From contig NC_043002.1 in assembly GCF_006345805.1 (NCBI RefSeq), positions 11,222,001 to 11,286,000 on the forward strand: a DNA stretch of 64,000 nt. Direction: 5' to 3'. Positions 59,963 through 64,000 of the stretch are shown here, piece by piece. Under the pieces are notes generated by a model, which worked only from the letters and a program-made list of their open reading frames with translations, did no database searches and had not been told where the DNA came from. This DNA is from Octopus sinensis. Lineage: Eukaryota. Made by a program: the position numbers and the translations under genes. How positions within the stretch are numbered: position 1 is the first letter of the stretch; each line of letters starts with the position of its first letter.

Positions 59963-61267
59963 CTGTAAAAAAACAAGATACATAAAGGGGATTAGTTATA
60001 TCAACAGGGAACACATGTAGATAATTCACAGAGGCTGTAAATTTTGGAAGTTAACTACGGTCACTTAAATCACACCAAGTACTTAATTGGTCATCATCAC
60101 CATCAAACATCTGCTTTCCATGCTAGTGTGGGTTGGTCAGTTTGACAAGGGGCTGGTAAAATGGAAGGCTGCACCAGACTCCACTCATCTGTTTCAGAAT
60201 AGGTCCTATGGCTGGATGCCCTTCCTAACAGCATCCGCTTTACAGAGTGTGTTGGATCACCAAGTACATTACAAGATAAAACCCCTCAACTAAGAGGGTG
60301 GGGAGTAGTATTGACAGGGTGTGGCTTTGTGCCAGTTGATGAAAGATTTAAGGTATGAAGAGGACAGATATAGGGGTCTGGCAGTAGAGTAGATTCATGG
60401 ATGCCTCAGTTGGAAAGCAAAGGAAAGGAAATGAGAAAGTAAGATAAAGGAAGAGGGAAGTCATTAAAGCCACTAATTTTGAAGGTTAAGTATAGTCAAT
60501 TAAATCACACCCAGTACTTAACTAACTGGTCCTTTATTATATCAAACGCTAGAAAGAAGGGGTAAAAATAATTTCAGTGACATCTGAACTTGGAACGCAT
60601 CATCATTCTGGTTCTATTATAATCAAATTTCCACCAAATTGACATTTCAAATATTTATAGTTTCACCATGTTCTGCTGTTCATTTGAATCAATTATCTGG
60701 GTTCAGTCCCACTGTGTTTACATAGGCACACTGGCCACTCTGCTGGGTGGTTGACATTAGGAATGGCATCCAACTGTAAAAATCCTGCCAAAACAGACAC
60801 AAAAGTCTGATGCAGACTTCTGCCTGGCCAGCTCCTGTCAAACCATCCAACCCATGCCAGCATTTTTCATTTGCCACTGTTATTTATGACATCACTCATG
60901 CGTTTGTACTGGGTTTAGCTTTAAGGGGTTAGGGTTTTAAGGTTAGGGTCAAGGTTGTCATAAATAACAGTGACAAACGAAATATACACTGCCGGAAGTT
61001 CTTGTTGACAAACAACAGCAGTAATTTTATTCAGTTGAATACACGTCATTGATTGGTTGAAATTACCGAAATACAAGAACTTTAACGTGAAATTACTTCG
61101 TAAATATAAACTTTTCTCAAAAATGCTGAGAGTAAAACATGTTTTATATGACACATTCTACCAGTGTCCGAAGTTTGAAAGTGTTTGGCTACAAGAAATT
61201 ATTTTTTAAATCTGTAGGTCAAAAGGTAAAGATCCCTAAATGAAAAACAGAAAAAAGTTATACTGAC

Positions 61268-61312
61268 CGTTTCTGCACCAAATGTCTGCAGACCAGTATA
61301 TGTTCGATCAAG
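61268..61312 (-). CDS. YEATS2: YEATS2 exon
   Basis: tctag|CTT...ACG|gtcagt; LDRTYTGLQTFGAET, equivalent to LDRTYTGLQTLGAET. Confidence 0.96.
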
Positions 61313-61401
61313 CTAGAAAGCAAAGAAATAAGAAAAAAATGTTAAATACATATACACACAAGTATGTGAATGTTTGTATGTGTGATTGTTATGTATCTCA
61401 T

Positions 61402-61767
61402 CTCTATATATATAAACGGCAAAATGTCTATGTGTGTGTCCTTTATACAAATCCACAATTTTTCAGTTAGAGGGCTTGCACTTTCTATGGTCATTCAAAC
61501 CCGTCCAAGGGTGGTCGTGCACATCTTTACATTTCCCCAGTCACCCCACAAAGCCATTAAAAAATCAATAAAAGTGACTTTTTGGTGAATTTTCTATCCA
61601 AAACCCAATCAAAATGCGCGAAACTTGATACGTCAATTGAATGCCAGCTAGCTGTATGTGATTGGTCGGAGATTTGGACAGTACTCGCGTGTATGTGTGC
61701 ACGCACACAGCTGTATATACAGGCATTAGCACTATGACCCGGTGTTGCCAGGTCATAGTGCTAGTCT
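61402..61767 (-). mobile_element. Helitron/Helentron-like non-autonomous element
   Basis: Minus start ACTAGCACTATGACCTGGCAACACCGGG (hairpin) and end ...TTTATATATATAGAGAT; same terminal grammar as 15262-15663. Confidence 0.55.
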
Positions 61768-61852
61768 ATATATACAATTGGCCATCATTGTTGACGGCAT
61801 GTGGTCACGTTGTATATTATATATTATACTACTGAAATTTTATATATATATA

Positions 61853-61892
<40 letters not shown>

Positions 61893-62792
61893 CCTCCTCC
61901 CCTCTTAAAAGTTTTTGTCTTGCAAGTACTTGGTGACCCTGTCAGTGCAGGTGCCACTTAAAAGCACCCAGTCCACACTGTAAAGTGGTTGGTGCTCGGA
62001 AGGACATCTGGCTGTAAATAACCTTGCCATAACTGACCACGCCTGTGCTTGTGCCACATAAAAAGCACTAAATCCACTCCGCTGAGTGGTTAGTATTAAG
62101 AGCATCCAGCTGTAAAAGTCCTGCCAAAACAGTCACAGAAAACCAGTGCAGGCTTCTGCTTGGTCGGCGCTTGTGGTACCGTTCCACCCATGCTAGCACG
62201 GAACACTGACATTAAATGATGATAAAGTAAACAATCAGCACTGTTGTTATATATGTTGCATGTATAGCATGGAACAAACAACTTTCATTTATGGAAACAA
62301 CCGTAACATTGATCTGATGTGTCTTTTCCTCAATTGAATTAACTATATTTCAGTCTGTGAGGCTCATAACATGCCTACTGATAATATTTTGGATTCATAA
62401 AGTGCTCTGTTTTCTCATTTGTTGAAGTAGACCTGATCATCCTTTGGTTATTGGAATGCTTATGTTAACCAGGTTTTTACATGAAGTGCTGATGAGGGAG
62501 ATCACACCATTGCATATTTGGCACCCCTGGAAATAAATCTTATGGTTGGCAGATACTCTGCGAACTCTTCTCAATATCTACTTATTTTGAAGATGGCGAT
62601 CGTGTCCCCACCCTCCTGTAAAGAATAGGATGTTATGAGAGCCTGCGGGGAATAGGGTTAATCTGTGTTGCAAACACAGGCTTAAAAATGACAAAGTTAT
62701 TTTACAAACTTCTTTGATATTTTCTAGATTAAATGAAACAAAACCAACGTATTCCAGCAGAAATATGGTAACAAAAGGAATAATATGCTTAC

Positions 62793-62904
62793 CTTTAGAT
62801 GGTGAATTATATCAACCCGCTTGTTTCTTTGGTCGTGAAAATGCAACTGGACCCGAACAGGAAACTCACCCCAGCCACGCCGGGAGAGGTGAAAGGGAGG
62901 ATGT
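62793..62904 (-). CDS. YEATS2: YEATS2 exon, C-terminal half of the YEATS domain (upstream exons not identified in the window)
   Basis: ttcag|A...AAG|gtaagc; [37 protein letters not shown] with the GWGEF acyl-lysine-reader motif. Confidence 0.97.
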
Positions 62905-64000
62905 CTGAAGAAAGCAACAAAAGAAACATATAGCTTCAAATAAGAGGTTACATTAGAAAAAAAACAAAAAAAAACAGGGAGTGAGTAGCAACAGGAAGTT
63001 CATCCAACTGCGAAAATCCCACAGCAAAGTTTATTCCTGTCTTACTATGACAGGATGAAATATTTGAGGATTAAGGTTTGTAATTTGGAGTTGAGTAATC
63101 AATGCCAATGAGCTTTCAGAAACAGTCTAGGATGCTTATATGCATGTAAGCAGCAGGAGTGTTCCTTATATGGCAGCAATAATCCAATATGAATCATACT
63201 TGTTGAACATTCGCTAGGCTGTGTTCCCTTTAATAAGACAAAGCACTCTATTTGATGTGAGATATTAAGGGAACCTCTATGCTGCTGTTAAACCTGCTAG
63301 AAATAGCAAGTCAATTCTCTTTCAAATCATATCCAACTACCTTAACAAAAAGGATGATAAATCGGATAATGTAACGCTAGATATACACACTGTCTATAAA
63401 GCCAGGATAGTCACAACTAGAACATCTTTGGCAGGGGTTTAACAACAGCAGTATCAACAAGCATAACTGTGTTTAACCCACATTGGTACCTTTGCCAATT
63501 TAAGGTTAAAGAATCAGCCCTAGCAAGGAGGTAAAGTTCCAACTGAAAATATACGGTATTTGATGGCATAAAAATACACCGACAGTAAACGCACCCCAAT
63601 TTTAGCAGCACACATTCAGAAAAAAAAGGGATTTAGGGTATTAAACATAATATTTAAAGCAGTTGAGTAATACTTTACAAAACACTAGCAGTATCGCCCA
63701 GCGTTGCTCAGGTTTGTAAAGGAAATAAACTATATAAGCATTTTTAGAGATGTAAAGTATAATAGCTATCTCAATATGGCTAACCACAAGGGGGGGGGTG
63801 TTACTGTAGCTTTTTACGTTCTGAGATTTAATAATAAATTTTTAGAGAGTTACTTCCCTAATATATGCCAAAAATGCATTAAAAATGGGAAAAATTGATG
63901 GTAAATTATTTTTTAAATCGTAGACTCATCGTAGACGTGCGCTAATACCCAGAAGGGCTCGATATGAATCACGACTAAAAGATACACGGTTTTGGTTAAA

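Overview
Eukaryotic, AT-rich, repeat-dense genomic DNA. The repeat families suggest a coleoid cephalopod, most likely Octopus (inference). Three protein-coding genes can be supported by hand-splicing. (1) The 3' part of mitochondrial arginyl-tRNA synthetase RARS2 on + (11 exons, 2402-28550, all GT-AG, frame continuous to the stop). (2) An intronless 135-aa TIR-domain-only ORF on - (34567-34974) behind a non-coding exon segment. (3) The 3' part of YEATS2 on - (10 exons, 62904 to 44957, including one 2,972-nt S/T-rich exon; one junction is phase-discordant). Introns and intergenic DNA are filled with tRNA-derived SINEs, RTE-type 3' ends, Helitron/Helentron-like elements, hAT, piggyBac, Tc1/mariner and Merlin-like MITEs, LINE fragments and microsatellites. 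Most interesting non-genic signal: a family of non-autonomous elements joining a tRNA-like Pol III head, an (AAT)n linker and a tail carrying a minimal Penelope-type hammerhead ribozyme, repeatedly arranged as inverted dimers. Also notable: two SINE trimers with identical 1+2x184-nt architecture, each with its own target-site duplication, and several long near-perfect intronic inverted repeats. Almost all ORFs in the supplied six-frame track are repeat artefacts.
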